A stretch of 51,370 nt of DNA from an uncultured Nitrososphaerota archaeon (lineage in GTDB: Archaea > Asgardarchaeota > Njordarchaeia > Njordarchaeales > Panguiarchaeaceae), in assembly GCA_964636085.1 (NCBI GenBank), contig CAZWPQ010000006.1, positions 14,075 through 65,444 on the forward strand, in the 5' to 3' direction. The translations under genes and the position numbers were made by a program. Within the stretch, counting starts at the first letter, position 1; every line of letters begins with the position of its first letter. Shown piece after piece: positions 18,137-27,775 of this stretch. The notes beneath the pieces are model-generated. The model ran no database searches. It was not told where the DNA came from and worked only from the letters and a program-made list of their open reading frames with translations.

Positions 18137-20080
18137 TTATGCTGATTCCTCTTTAAATATCCCCACCTTTTGAAGCAAAGACCTATGTATCTCCGATAGC
18201 GTCATTTTTTTAAGATACCCAACCACATAATTAAACAACTCTGGAACCTCCCTAGACTTTATAATTGCATATAAAACATCTCGTAACTGTTCGCCTTTCT
18301 GGGTAGCATACATTGCGGCCAATATTTTTCCAAATGAATCATAATCCTCAGGTAGTATATTATGCATGATCATTACAATTAGCCTCGATAGATTTTTTAT
18401 GGCTTCATCTACGGCAAAATACCTTTCTCTAGGATCAGTAATCGTCAATTCTGCTTCTTTAATTGTACGGAAGACATCTGTAATGAAGTCGATATAAGCA
18501 GCTATCTCAGAGGAATACTTCTTGCCTAATCCTATAAGATATTTCAGTATAGTCTCATATGTAGCATCAATTTCAGGTGGATTAAGAAGTAAATTGAGTA
18601 GTTTTAGTGTTGCATCTGTTTTATCAGCAACCCTCCTCAAGGTCTCGTATATTATCCTAGCGACACCATCAAAAATTGAGACGCCTGGAGATTGATTATA
18701 TGTTGCTATAAGATCATCAGCAAGACTCAAAATTATTCTAGGTTCTCTCTTAGCTATACTGAGGATTATGTTTTCGAGTAATATGACTCTAATTGATACA
18801 CGAAGTTCTCTCTCTGGTAACTTCATCAAATCCAATATTTTCTTAGCCAATAATTGCAGATTGGACACATTTACCTCAGAAATGGCTATTGTTGATAACA
18901 TCTCCTGTAGCTTCCATAAAACGTCCATGTTTCCTTTTTCAACATTAATAATGCCAGCAGCAAATTCTATTATTGGCCCAGCAGACTCAGGTATGTTGGA
19001 ATAAACCAGCAATAATGTGTCCAGAAACATTATTTTTGTATCATCATCCTGAATTCTATCATAATATGAGATAAGTGTCTTTATCAAGTCTACAGGCGGA
19101 TCTAAATTTCTCCAGATACATATAGATATTGCTCTAAGACTAGCTATAATTATCTCTATATTTTCTTCTACTGATGTTAATGATTTTATTATATCTATGA
19201 GCCTCCTTTTCTGCTCAACGAATTTTGGGTGCCTGAAATTATTTGCAAAATTAACTAGGGCCATTGCCCTTATTTTCTGGTTCTTATGCTTTATTATTAC
19301 CTCTTCCAATACCACACGGATTTTTTCTAGAAATTCTAATTCTCTTATGGGTATCACAAGATTAGCTATGAATCTCAATGAGCCATCTGGTATATCCAGA
19401 GAATTTGGATATCTTTCTAATAAAGCATTTACTATAGGCCTTACGGAATAGAAATTTCTCTTACCTATTAGACTCAAATATTCAAAAAGTTTGTCATAAA
19501 GAGGATCTCCTTCATTCTCCATTATTTCCTTTATTATATCCATATACTCGTTAAGTGCCCATGGGACATTCCACAATGCAATAAATAATGTTTCAAGAGC
19601 TCTTTCTCTAATCTTTGCCGATCCCTCCCTGATGGTCTTCTTTATGACCGCTTTAACATCTTCATCAAAAACTAATTCATTCTCCCCACTGAAGAAATGC
19701 TTAAAAGCTGTAAGAAGGGACACTAGACCGAAACCCTTTAGCGTACTCGAGAAATTTTTCATAATTAATTTGATAACCTTGAAAACTTTTTTAATATGCT
19801 TAGGCAATGTTTCTAGCAGCCTAGAAATCTGTATCAGTAATACTCCAAAGAATTCTAACTCCTCCATATTGCCAGCTTCTACTCTTTTAGCCAATTCCGT
19901 TAGCGTAAGCAATATCATCTTTAAGTTTGGTTCAATAACCGTAAGTTCAAAATCCTTTAGAGACATTATAGCCTGTAATCTTTCATCCCTTACAATGTTG
20001 GTGTTTTTAATTTTTTCTAAAGTCCTCATTAAATCTATTCCCGACATTTTACAAACCCAAAAAAAGTTCGACTCCCGCAT
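18137..20080 (-). CDS. HEAT/ARM-like alpha-solenoid protein
   Basis: Entirely amphipathic helical; HEAT-like turns (SAKIRERALETL, NQKIRAMAL, NIEIIIASLRAI); no TM segment or signal peptide. Confidence 0.7.
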   Translation of the reverse strand: MRESNFFWVCKMSGIDLMRTLEKIKNTNIVRDERLQAIMSLKDFELTVIEPNLKMILLTLTELAKRVEAGNMEELEFFGVLLIQISRLLETLPKHIKKVFKVIKLIMKNFSSTLKGFGLVSLLTAFKHFFSGENELVFDEDVKAVIKKTIREGSAKIRERALETLFIALWNVPWALNEYMDIIKEIMENEGDPLYDKLFEYLSLIGKRNFYSVRPIVNALLERYPNSLDIPDGSLRFIANLVIPIRELEFLEKIRVVLEEVIIKHKNQKIRAMALVNFANNFRHPKFVEQKRRLIDIIKSLTSVEENIEIIIASLRAISICIWRNLDPPVDLIKTLISYYDRIQDDDTKIMFLDTLLLVYSNIPESAGPIIEFAAGIINVEKGNMDVLWKLQEMLSTIAISEVNVSNLQLLAKKILDLMKLPERELRVSIRVILLENIILSIAKREPRIILSLADDLIATYNQSPGVSIFDGVARIIYETLRRVADKTDATLKLLNLLLNPPEIDATYETILKYLIGLGKKYSSEIAAYIDFITDVFRTIKEAELTITDPRERYFAVDEAIKNLSRLIVMIMHNILPEDYDSFGKILAAMYATQKGEQLRDVLYAIIKSREVPELFNYVVGYLKKMTLSEIHRSLLQKVGIFKEESA

Positions 20081-20150
20081 TCTTTAAATTCTCAAAATAT
20101 AGATAAATAGATATAGAACATAAATATGATTTAACGGTGTCACTCATCAT

Positions 20151-20909
20151 CTAGACTTGTAACTCTCGCATTCTAGAAATCTGATCGACAGATCCGAGAT
20201 ACAATACCTTTTTATCCTCAACCACAACAAATATTTCGAACCCTATTAGGTCCTTTATTATTGGTGTACTAAACTCACCTGAATCCACAGAACCTGCAAT
20301 CACGTCTATACCAGGAAGCAATGGAGTAAAAGCGGGAAGTACAATTATCTTGTCACTAACTAGAAATATGGGTAATTTATCTCTCGAGATAGAGTCCGAC
20401 AACATAACAGTTGGATGAAGATGCGCCATTATTAGTGTTTTCCTTCTTTGTTCTATAACTTCATCATCGAATATCTTATGCCCATGTAGAAAGATGTAAT
20501 TACCCAACTCTATAGTATTTTGAAAATCAATTCCATATCTTTTGAGAATTCCAATTAAGAAGTTATCATGATTTCCCCTTACCAAAATTATTTCTAAATT
20601 TAGGCTCTTTAGGAATTTTAGCATATCAACAACTTCTTTATGCTCTTGGACTGTTCTCTGAGAAAACACATGTTTTAGATCCCCCACAATTATTATCCGC
20701 TTTGGCTTGAGGCGCTTCACATGAGATCTGAGTTTTTCCTTCATGATTTTATACTGGATCGGGGGTATAAACACACCAGCCTCAGCCATAGCATACTCGA
20801 GACCTATATGAAGATCCGCAAGAACAACCGCATCAAGGCTTCTAATATATGCCATTTTCGATGGAAGTAAAACTATGTCTCCTAAGTCAACAGACATTAA
20901 CATCTCCAA
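20151..20909 (-). CDS. Metallophosphoesterase (COG1407 type)
   Basis: ADLHIG, GDLKH, RGNHD, HGH, AHLHP and LPAF. Confidence 0.9.
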   Translation of the reverse strand: MEMLMSVDLGDIVLLPSKMAYIRSLDAVVLADLHIGLEYAMAEAGVFIPPIQYKIMKEKLRSHVKRLKPKRIIIVGDLKHVFSQRTVQEHKEVVDMLKFLKSLNLEIILVRGNHDNFLIGILKRYGIDFQNTIELGNYIFLHGHKIFDDEVIEQRRKTLIMAHLHPTVMLSDSISRDKLPIFLVSDKIIVLPAFTPLLPGIDVIAGSVDSGEFSTPIIKDLIGFEIFVVVEDKKVLYLGSVDQISRMRELQV

Positions 20910-20999
20910 GTATTAGGGAATAATAGTGACATTTAGATTCAAGTTTTTCACTAATTTAATTTTTATACTGTTAAGAACATTAAAAGAGAAGGGAGAAAA

Positions 21000-21353
21000 A
21001 TGAGCAACATAACCGTAAGGATAAAGAAAAGTTTAAATGAACCTATTACAATATGTTCTAGATGCTTAGATCTACTCTGCCTAGATGGGTATATAGACTC
21101 TAATTTCGTCATCTCTAGAACAATATTTAAGATTAAAAAAATGTGTCAACTTTGTTCGGTTGCGCAGGCCGATTTTATTGTTATTCCCTGTAAGAGGGGG
21201 ATTTTTATTTGCGAAAGATGTTTTAGGGGGCTTACAACAACATCAAAACACAGATGGCAAAGTTGGCCAAAAAAGCAAGTAACGGAGGATATCCCATGCG
21301 ATTTATGTGGTAGGCCAGCTCAATTCCACATTACTCTGCCCAAAAGAAAATAG
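21000..21353 (+). CDS. Tandem zinc-finger protein
   Basis: Two copies of I-C-x-R-C...C-x-L-C-x3-A-x-F-x-(V/I) (CSRC/CQLC and CERC/CDLC). The stop codon overlaps the next start (TAGTG). Confidence 0.75.
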   Translation: MSNITVRIKKSLNEPITICSRCLDLLCLDGYIDSNFVISRTIFKIKKMCQLCSVAQADFIVIPCKRGIFICERCFRGLTTTSKHRWQSWPKKQVTEDIPCDLCGRPAQFHITLPKRK

Positions 21354-21916
21354 TGGACAGCATGATGCAGGGACTTGAGCTTTCACTTGTTGTTATTAAG
21401 AGAGGGTTCTGGGACTTCTCTGAGGATATACCCTTATTGAAGACACCAGATCATCCATCCATTAGCAAAAAGAGAGTAAAAGAGGAAATAGATGTATTCA
21501 ATACATGGAAAAAATTTAATCCTTCTATACCCTTTGACAATCTTACTTACAGAGGCGGCAGTATTTTTCTTATCGATGTTGACTGTTACGTGCTATTTGA
21601 CAAGCTGTGTGGAAGGACAAAACAGTTGACTGTAACCATAATCTGCCCACCTAGTTACCCAAGAGCATTTCCTCGACTTGCTGAAAACCCCAGAAATCTT
21701 CACGATAGAATTTTTCATACACTTGTTTCCCATACAACAAGACATGCTGTCTATCTCTGTATTCCAGCTATTCAGAGGATTTGGTGGACAAGACATGCCC
21801 CTTACGCTGGAATTGCCCATTTTCTCAATATTTTTCTTATATGGTTCTCGATATCATCAACCAATAAAAAGAAATCAAGGATAAATTTCTATGATAGAAG
21901 AACTGTGATTGTTTAG
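21353..21916 (+). CDS. UFC1-like (UFM1-conjugating E2 family) protein
   Basis: Collinear with eukaryotic UFC1 as recalled: SEDIPLLKT~SEIPVLKT, KRVKEE~QRLKEE, PPSYPRAFP~PITYPTTAP and LCIPAIQRIWWTRHAPYAGIAHF~[23 protein letters not shown]. Confidence 0.8.
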   Translation: MDSMMQGLELSLVVIKRGFWDFSEDIPLLKTPDHPSISKKRVKEEIDVFNTWKKFNPSIPFDNLTYRGGSIFLIDVDCYVLFDKLCGRTKQLTVTIICPPSYPRAFPRLAENPRNLHDRIFHTLVSHTTRHAVYLCIPAIQRIWWTRHAPYAGIAHFLNIFLIWFSISSTNKKKSRINFYDRRTVIV

Positions 21917-21928
21917 TCGTGATATAGA

Positions 21929-22684
21929 TTGATTATTATATTGATTGAGGGGCCATGCCTTAAGAGGATAAATTGTCCAAAGATAAGTGCAACGGCAATC
22001 AAACACAGAAACATAATGGATGAACTAAGTGAACTACGTGCACTTGGTATTTATATGCCACAAAGCTCTATAAATATTTTCTCATCCGTATATACGCGGT
22101 TACCACGCATATTAAGCATATTTAGAACAATTGACCCATCAACCTCCGTTTGTTTTATAACGCCTCTGGGCGTCCTATGTGAAAATGATCCCGCGATATG
22201 CTACGAGGAATGCTTTGATGAACTAAGTACTAGTACCATACGAACTATATTTGAAAAATTTGATGTAATGGAAACAATATATGATATGCTCGAAGAAGAT
22301 TTTGACCTCTTAATTTTTTGCAGTTCAAGCAAGTTATTGCGAGTATTGGAGATCGAATACTACCTACCAGCAAATCGGCCATCTATTATAGTATCCAATG
22401 CCTATACCACTGATAGGAGCAATATATATACGATCACGCTGAATCACTATCTCACAAGTAGGCTAAGAAGAATTTATGACAAGATAGCGTTAGTAGATCT
22501 TTATCAGCATGTACTTGAATTCATTGCCAAAGCACTCGATGATCTCGCTAGCAGAGGCTATAAACTTAAATATCTTTTCACTAGGCCCGAGGACCTACAC
22601 AAAACAATATTCTCCCCTGAGATGCTAGACAAAATACTAAGGGTTGGAAGAAGACAGGACAAATTATTGAGATTTATAAGCTAA
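21929..22684 (+). CDS. Hypothetical protein, distant YaaA/DUF6884-like
   Basis: N-terminal strand + PCLKR, later FITPLGVLCENDPAICYE, resembling the ILSAxYGLI...I..YD motif of that fold. Confidence 0.45.
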   Translation: MIIILIEGPCLKRINCPKISATAIKHRNIMDELSELRALGIYMPQSSINIFSSVYTRLPRILSIFRTIDPSTSVCFITPLGVLCENDPAICYEECFDELSTSTIRTIFEKFDVMETIYDMLEEDFDLLIFCSSSKLLRVLEIEYYLPANRPSIIVSNAYTTDRSNIYTITLNHYLTSRLRRIYDKIALVDLYQHVLEFIAKALDDLASRGYKLKYLFTRPEDLHKTIFSPEMLDKILRVGRRQDKLLRFIS

Positions 22685-23165
22685 GCCCCTCGCATTGATA
22701 ACTACCCATATATTCACCATATGATTTGGCAGTTACAAAAATAATCTGACATATTCTTGACCCTCTCTTAATTCTTATCCCATATGGATTATATACAACC
22801 ATCAGTCCTATTCCTCTCCCCTGATAACCACTATCCCAAACCGAGGTATACACTATAGCACCCATGCGTTGAAGACTTGACCTTGGAAAGACTAGCCCAA
22901 TGGCATTAGTGGGGATTTTTACGATCTCTTGGTAACGTACCAAATATGCACCCGGTTTTAATATATAGACCCCCTCACTATTCGGTAATATCTCATCATA
23001 TTTCGGTATGGTTTTACCATCATCAATTGTTCCAAGCCCACTAAAGGCATATACCCAACCCAATGTAAGATCAACGCCATTGGGCTGTATCTGTTCTTCA
23101 CTACAATTTCTTATAAACTTCGCGACTTCTCTCCCCGACCAGATCATTGGACTCACATTAAACAA
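22674..23165 (-). CDS. Trimeric dUTPase / dCTP deaminase family protein
   Basis: QIQPNGVDL, PRSSLQRMG, VWDSGYQG, RICQIIF and Y.GSYQ. Confidence 0.9.
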   Translation of the reverse strand: MFNVSPMIWSGREVAKFIRNCSEEQIQPNGVDLTLGWVYAFSGLGTIDDGKTIPKYDEILPNSEGVYILKPGAYLVRYQEIVKIPTNAIGLVFPRSSLQRMGAIVYTSVWDSGYQGRGIGLMVVYNPYGIRIKRGSRICQIIFVTAKSYGEYMGSYQCEGLSL

Positions 23166-23308
23166 ATAAATACCACCAATTTTAGTTATGTATTACACGA
23201 GAAATACTTTTTTACGTTTAATTAAAATAATGGGTGCATGATTCCGGTAAGAAAATTTTTTAATGGTATTACCATCATATCTAATATTTGTTGTTTTAGG
23301 TGTAACCA

Positions 23309-23686
23309 TTGCCAGCGAACACCGACAAGAATCTTAAGGATCTAGCAATACTTTATCTTGAACGCTTACTCAACGAGCACAAGCGTACGTATAAAATTAT
23401 TGACCCCCCAGAAGATATTAAAAAACGTGGCCTATTAACATTCATCATCTATGTCGAGGAAACAGGAGAGAGATGGGGCGTCCTAGTTAAGGATTGGAGG
23501 CGGTCTATTGGTAGTGATCTTATAATGAGGTTTAAGCGTGTTATTGAGGGGCTTAATCTTTCTTCTGGGATAATTATAGGAAATAAAATATCGGATTTGG
23601 CGAGGGATAGAGCCAAGAGGTATGGATTCTTATCTCTGACACGAGGAGAGATAGTATCATATCTAAGAAATAGAAAAAGTCTCTAA
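23309..23686 (+). CDS. Stand-alone restriction-endonuclease-fold (Mrr-like) domain protein
   Basis: GVLVKDWRRSIG.D.I..F...GIIIGNKIS..A...A..YG matches the Mrr-cat pattern; catalytic acidic residues appear degenerate. Confidence 0.6.
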   Translation: MPANTDKNLKDLAILYLERLLNEHKRTYKIIDPPEDIKKRGLLTFIIYVEETGERWGVLVKDWRRSIGSDLIMRFKRVIEGLNLSSGIIIGNKISDLARDRAKRYGFLSLTRGEIVSYLRNRKSL

Positions 23687-23723
23687 AGTACTCCCTAAAG
23701 TGTTTATAATTATAGTCAAGCTT

Positions 23724-24608
23724 TTAATGACTCGACTCCTCTGCTGTGGTTTCCTGTATCTGCTTAGATTCCTCTATTTTAGCTTTTATTATTTCTCTCT
23801 CTTCCACCCATCTAATTTTACTGACGCCGAACTCACCGTATAATTCCGATTTATTTGACATCAAGATTAGTTTTGGTATGTATATATCCTCCAGTATCTT
23901 TTTAGCTATTTCTCTGTCTAATTCACCATATTTATCAAAATACTCATTTTTGACTCTTAATTCAACCATATCATTCCTGAACTCAAATTCTATGTACCTG
24001 CCTACATCACCAAAGAATTTTTCTATTAGCATCCTCATTCTTTCATCTTTACTATCTGTTGGTTGGACAACCTTGGTAATAGTATATGTCGCACTTATAG
24101 TCTTGCCTGCTAATGGATGATTAGTATCTATTATTACTGATCTATCAGTGGCTCTGATAATTCTCCCAAAATATAGAGGGGTAGCTCCTATATTCATATA
24201 GACAACATCACCAGCCCTAGGCTTTCTCCCGCCGCCTTCCAACACAAATTCATTCTTGTCCACTTTTTCTCTAAATTTTTTAGCGGATATCGTCATTATT
24301 TTACTTGGATCTCGTTTTCCATAGGCTTTCTCGGGAGGAAAACTCGTTTCATAGGGTTTATTCAGCTCTAAATCCACACCGAGGATATGATCCTCAAAAA
24401 ATTTTGGTAACTCCCCACTACCTAATTTTATTATTGTTGGCTTATCTATTACTTCCTCCACAATCTTTACTTTGTTTGTTTTTTCATCAATCTTCTGTTT
24501 TCTCAATATTTTCTTCGTGGTTACAATCACTCTTTTCTCGCCCCCCTCCATATAACTCAGTTCATATTTTATTTCAATATAGCTTCCTGGAGGTATCCGC
24601 ATTTTCAT
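23724..24608 (-). CDS. FKBP-type peptidyl-prolyl isomerase (long SlyD-like)
   Basis: PPEKAYGKRDP and VIIDTNHPLAGKTI, plus the archaeal long C-terminal domain. Confidence 0.9.
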   Translation of the reverse strand: MKMRIPPGSYIEIKYELSYMEGGEKRVIVTTKKILRKQKIDEKTNKVKIVEEVIDKPTIIKLGSGELPKFFEDHILGVDLELNKPYETSFPPEKAYGKRDPSKIMTISAKKFREKVDKNEFVLEGGGRKPRAGDVVYMNIGATPLYFGRIIRATDRSVIIDTNHPLAGKTISATYTITKVVQPTDSKDERMRMLIEKFFGDVGRYIEFEFRNDMVELRVKNEYFDKYGELDREIAKKILEDIYIPKLILMSNKSELYGEFGVSKIRWVEEREIIKAKIEESKQIQETTAEESSH

Positions 24609-24648
24609 TCCCCTTTATAATGACTGTTTTTGGATAAAATGTTCACTA

Positions 24649-25347
24649 GTGGTGAACATGTTAAAGCCAATAATCATTCTCAATCTTAAAGCCTATAAAG
24701 AGGGTATGAATAAGTCTTTATATACCATCCTAGACATTGTAGATTCCGTCTCCAGAGAATATAACAATATCGATTTCGCAATCGCACCCAATATAATTTA
24801 TCTGTTAGATGCCACCAAAAATAGAAAAAGAACCCTAATTTTTGCCCAACATGCCGACCCAGTGCCTTATGGTGCATACACTGGCCATATCCCACTTGCT
24901 GCTATTAAGGATATTGGTGTTGATGGAGTTATAGTTAACCATTCAGAGAGACAGGTAACTTTCCAAGTAATTGAAAATGTTGTGGGTATGGCCCAAAGAA
25001 ATGGACTTAGAACTTGCGTCTGTGGTGGCGATATTGTAGAAATCAGGGCCATATCTCGGATAAAACCAATTTATACAGCTTTTGAACCACCAGAACTTAT
25101 AGGGACCGGTAGAAGTGTGTCTAGAGTTATGCCAGATATCTTAAAGAAAAGTGTAAACATAATTCTGGAGGAGTCTGAGGGCAAATCCATCCCTGTATGT
25201 GGCGCAGGAATATCAAATAAAACTGATGTAGAAATGGCATTTAGATCTGGGGCGAGGGGAATATTAGTTGCCTCAGCATTCGTTAAGGCGAAGGATAGAA
25301 AAAGCTTACTTATGCAATTTGCGGAAGCAATTGAAGAAAATATTTAG
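24649..25347 (+). CDS. tpiA: Triosephosphate isomerase (archaeal type)
   Basis: LNLKAY, AQHAD, NHSE, FEPPELIGTG, CGAGIS and LVASA. Confidence 0.96.
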   Translation: MVNMLKPIIILNLKAYKEGMNKSLYTILDIVDSVSREYNNIDFAIAPNIIYLLDATKNRKRTLIFAQHADPVPYGAYTGHIPLAAIKDIGVDGVIVNHSERQVTFQVIENVVGMAQRNGLRTCVCGGDIVEIRAISRIKPIYTAFEPPELIGTGRSVSRVMPDILKKSVNIILEESEGKSIPVCGAGISNKTDVEMAFRSGARGILVASAFVKAKDRKSLLMQFAEAIEENI

Positions 25348-25397
25348 TTTTTTTTAAGGCCCGATCTCTTTTCTACATCATTTCCCAAACAAAGTGG

Positions 25398-25452
25398 TCA
25401 GAACTCGGTGCCCTCATCACATAGCTCCGTCAGATAGGGCCTCGACCATCAT
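25398..25452 (-). ncRNA. Box C/D guide sRNA
   Basis: ATGATGG-TCGAGGCCCTAT-CTGA-CGGAGCTAT-GTGATGA-GGGCACCGAGTT-CTGA; 12-nt guides; variant box C. Confidence 0.85.
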
Positions 25453-25505
25453 CCCTAAATAAAACTATGATCAGAACAAAATATAAAATCTATTGAACTA
25501 AAAGA

Positions 25506-27269
25506 CTACCTCTGAGACTCTTGGGGGTTTTCTGGTCGCATACTGGAACTCCCCTCAACCATCTCTAGTTCTTTTATGATACTCTTATCTACACTATTAA
25601 CCAAGTATGCATAAAGAACATCCTCTCTAGCCTCATACATATCGACAAATTTCGGATCCGTCATCAAAACTTTTGATACACTTGATGCAAACCGCCTTAT
25701 GTATTTCAAGAAAATCTTCCTGCGCTCGGCTACCCTTTTGAGTTTTTCCTTCTTGGATAAGTATATTCTAAGCCTACGCAGAATTTTCATGAACGCCAAT
25801 TTTATTTCGTTCCTTAGTATATCAACATTATCCACAAAGTCTTTGCTGGTTACTGGGAATGGTATTTTAGTCGAGACTATGCTAACAGCCAATACGATAG
25901 GGTCTTGATCCGTAATTTTATACCTGCTCAGATTTATCTCCTCAAGGGCCTTCCATGCAACATCGCTCTTAGTCCTATGTAATAGAGGTACCCTATTAGC
26001 AAATCTCATCAGTTTTAATCCTGGCGATATTTCACCACCATATGCAACTGCTACCTCGACAACTAAAGGATGACCCTGAAGGGAAATAGGTTTTCTTTGG
26101 AGAGCGCAAACAAACTCTGGTTTAAGTATCGCCTTTAAGCCCTTCTTAAGCAATTCGGGGCCTATAGGCGATAAACATGAAGCATCTGGTCTGGTGAACT
26201 TAAACACTGCTGCTTTTCTTACAAATGCTGTTATTAGCTTATCATTTTTAAGAATCTCCTTAACTATTGTTGTTGGCTGAACTCCTATCTCTGACAGAAA
26301 TTTCTTTGCAGTCTTCGGTCCAACCCTATCGAAGGTTTTACGTAGAAAATCCAACATTGTGAGCCTCTTATTCTCCTTCATCAACTCTATTAATGTCTGC
26401 GCATCTATCCCAGATAGGTGATATCTGGATTCCTTGGGAGGTGGAGGAATAAAATCACTCACACGCTCATAGAATATTTTTTCACCATTAGGATCCTCAA
26501 ATAAAAATGAGGCATATGGCGTAATGATGGCCATTTGTCTTAGATATTCCATTATATAATTCTTGGCTCTACTCCAATCACCTAGTGTTATTAGTCTAAT
26601 AACCGTTCCATGATGTAGCCTTCGCCCCCAAGGATCTCTGTATTTTTTCTTGGGTATTTTCTTATGCTCTCTAACAATTGGTTCATTATGAACTATATCT
26701 ATCTTTAAGGAATAGTAACTCACAAAATTTTGAGATCTTGTTGCCGACCAGACCTCTACTGGTGTGTTAAGTTCTTGTAGAGAGTATATTATCGCCATTT
26801 TTAAACCCAAACCAAAACGGCCTCGATGTTGCTTTACTCGATATTTTGTAGATGTAAGTACCTTGCCTAAGAGTACCGGTATTTTCTCGTCTGGCATTCC
26901 CTTTCCATTATCAGAGATCATTATCTCGAAGATCTCAGGTAACTCTATTCCCGCCTTTTCTTCCCTTGATTCATTCATCCCCTGCCCCGCCTGGGCACCT
27001 TCCTTTTTTTCACTTTTGTTTCCTTCTGCCACATGTTTTGGTACATGCTCGATTATTCCTATCTCTTTTAGCTCATCGGGGGTTAGCCTTCTAAGTCTTA
27101 TACGTACATCGGGGAAAACCCTAATCGCCTCACATGCATCTAGCGCGTTCTCAACCATTTCCCTTATCGTCGTATATAATGCTCTTGCAGGATTATCGAA
27201 CCCCGCTATGCCTCTATTCTGGCTAAAGAACTTTGCAGGCGAAATGCTTTGTACCTTATCTTTTACCAT
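25506..27269 (-). CDS. top6B: DNA topoisomerase VI subunit B
   Basis: ISPAKFF, EMVENALDA, DNGKG, RGRFGLG, HGT and RFANRVPLL. Confidence 0.97.
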   Translation of the reverse strand: MVKDKVQSISPAKFFSQNRGIAGFDNPARALYTTIREMVENALDACEAIRVFPDVRIRLRRLTPDELKEIGIIEHVPKHVAEGNKSEKKEGAQAGQGMNESREEKAGIELPEIFEIMISDNGKGMPDEKIPVLLGKVLTSTKYRVKQHRGRFGLGLKMAIIYSLQELNTPVEVWSATRSQNFVSYYSLKIDIVHNEPIVREHKKIPKKKYRDPWGRRLHHGTVIRLITLGDWSRAKNYIMEYLRQMAIITPYASFLFEDPNGEKIFYERVSDFIPPPPKESRYHLSGIDAQTLIELMKENKRLTMLDFLRKTFDRVGPKTAKKFLSEIGVQPTTIVKEILKNDKLITAFVRKAAVFKFTRPDASCLSPIGPELLKKGLKAILKPEFVCALQRKPISLQGHPLVVEVAVAYGGEISPGLKLMRFANRVPLLHRTKSDVAWKALEEINLSRYKITDQDPIVLAVSIVSTKIPFPVTSKDFVDNVDILRNEIKLAFMKILRRLRIYLSKKEKLKRVAERRKIFLKYIRRFASSVSKVLMTDPKFVDMYEAREDVLYAYLVNSVDKSIIKELEMVEGSSSMRPENPQESQR

Positions 27270-27418
27270 TTGCTCACCATATCTATTATTCTCAAAAAGA
27301 GCTTATTAATCTCGATGCTTTTATTTGATAAGAAACCAAAAGCAGACATCCAGTGTTTTAATGAATTTTTTTATTGATTAGAAGTATATTTGAGCTATTA
27401 ATGCTAGGTGACTATAGA

Positions 27419-27754
27419 ATGAAAATTTGTCCAAACTGTGGAACACCACTAGAGAGACACAAAGAGGCAAAAAAAATTATATGGATTTGCCCAATTTGCA
27501 ATTATCGGACAGAAGATACAGCAACTGATCAGAGTGTACAGTATGGAATCACATTCAAACCTAAGAGCCGTAATGATGATGTCATAATAGAAGACAAACA
27601 ACGTTTTGGAGCACTTAGCGAAGTAACTTCATGTCCAAAATGTGGCCATAGTCCCGTATATTATACTTTCCTACAAACTAGAGCCGCCGATGAACCCCCC
27701 GTGAGATTGTATAAATGCCCAAAGTGTGGCTATTCATGGAGAGAGTACTCTTGA
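27419..27754 (+). CDS. tfs: Transcription cleavage factor TFS
   Basis: N-terminal CPNC/CPIC ribbon and C-terminal CPKC...QTRAADEPP...CPKC..WRE. The ATG at 27419 follows GGTGA. Confidence 0.93.
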   Translation: MKICPNCGTPLERHKEAKKIIWICPICNYRTEDTATDQSVQYGITFKPKSRNDDVIIEDKQRFGALSEVTSCPKCGHSPVYYTFLQTRAADEPPVRLYKCPKCGYSWREYS

Positions 27755-27775
27755 GAATAAAAAGTTTATGGAAAC

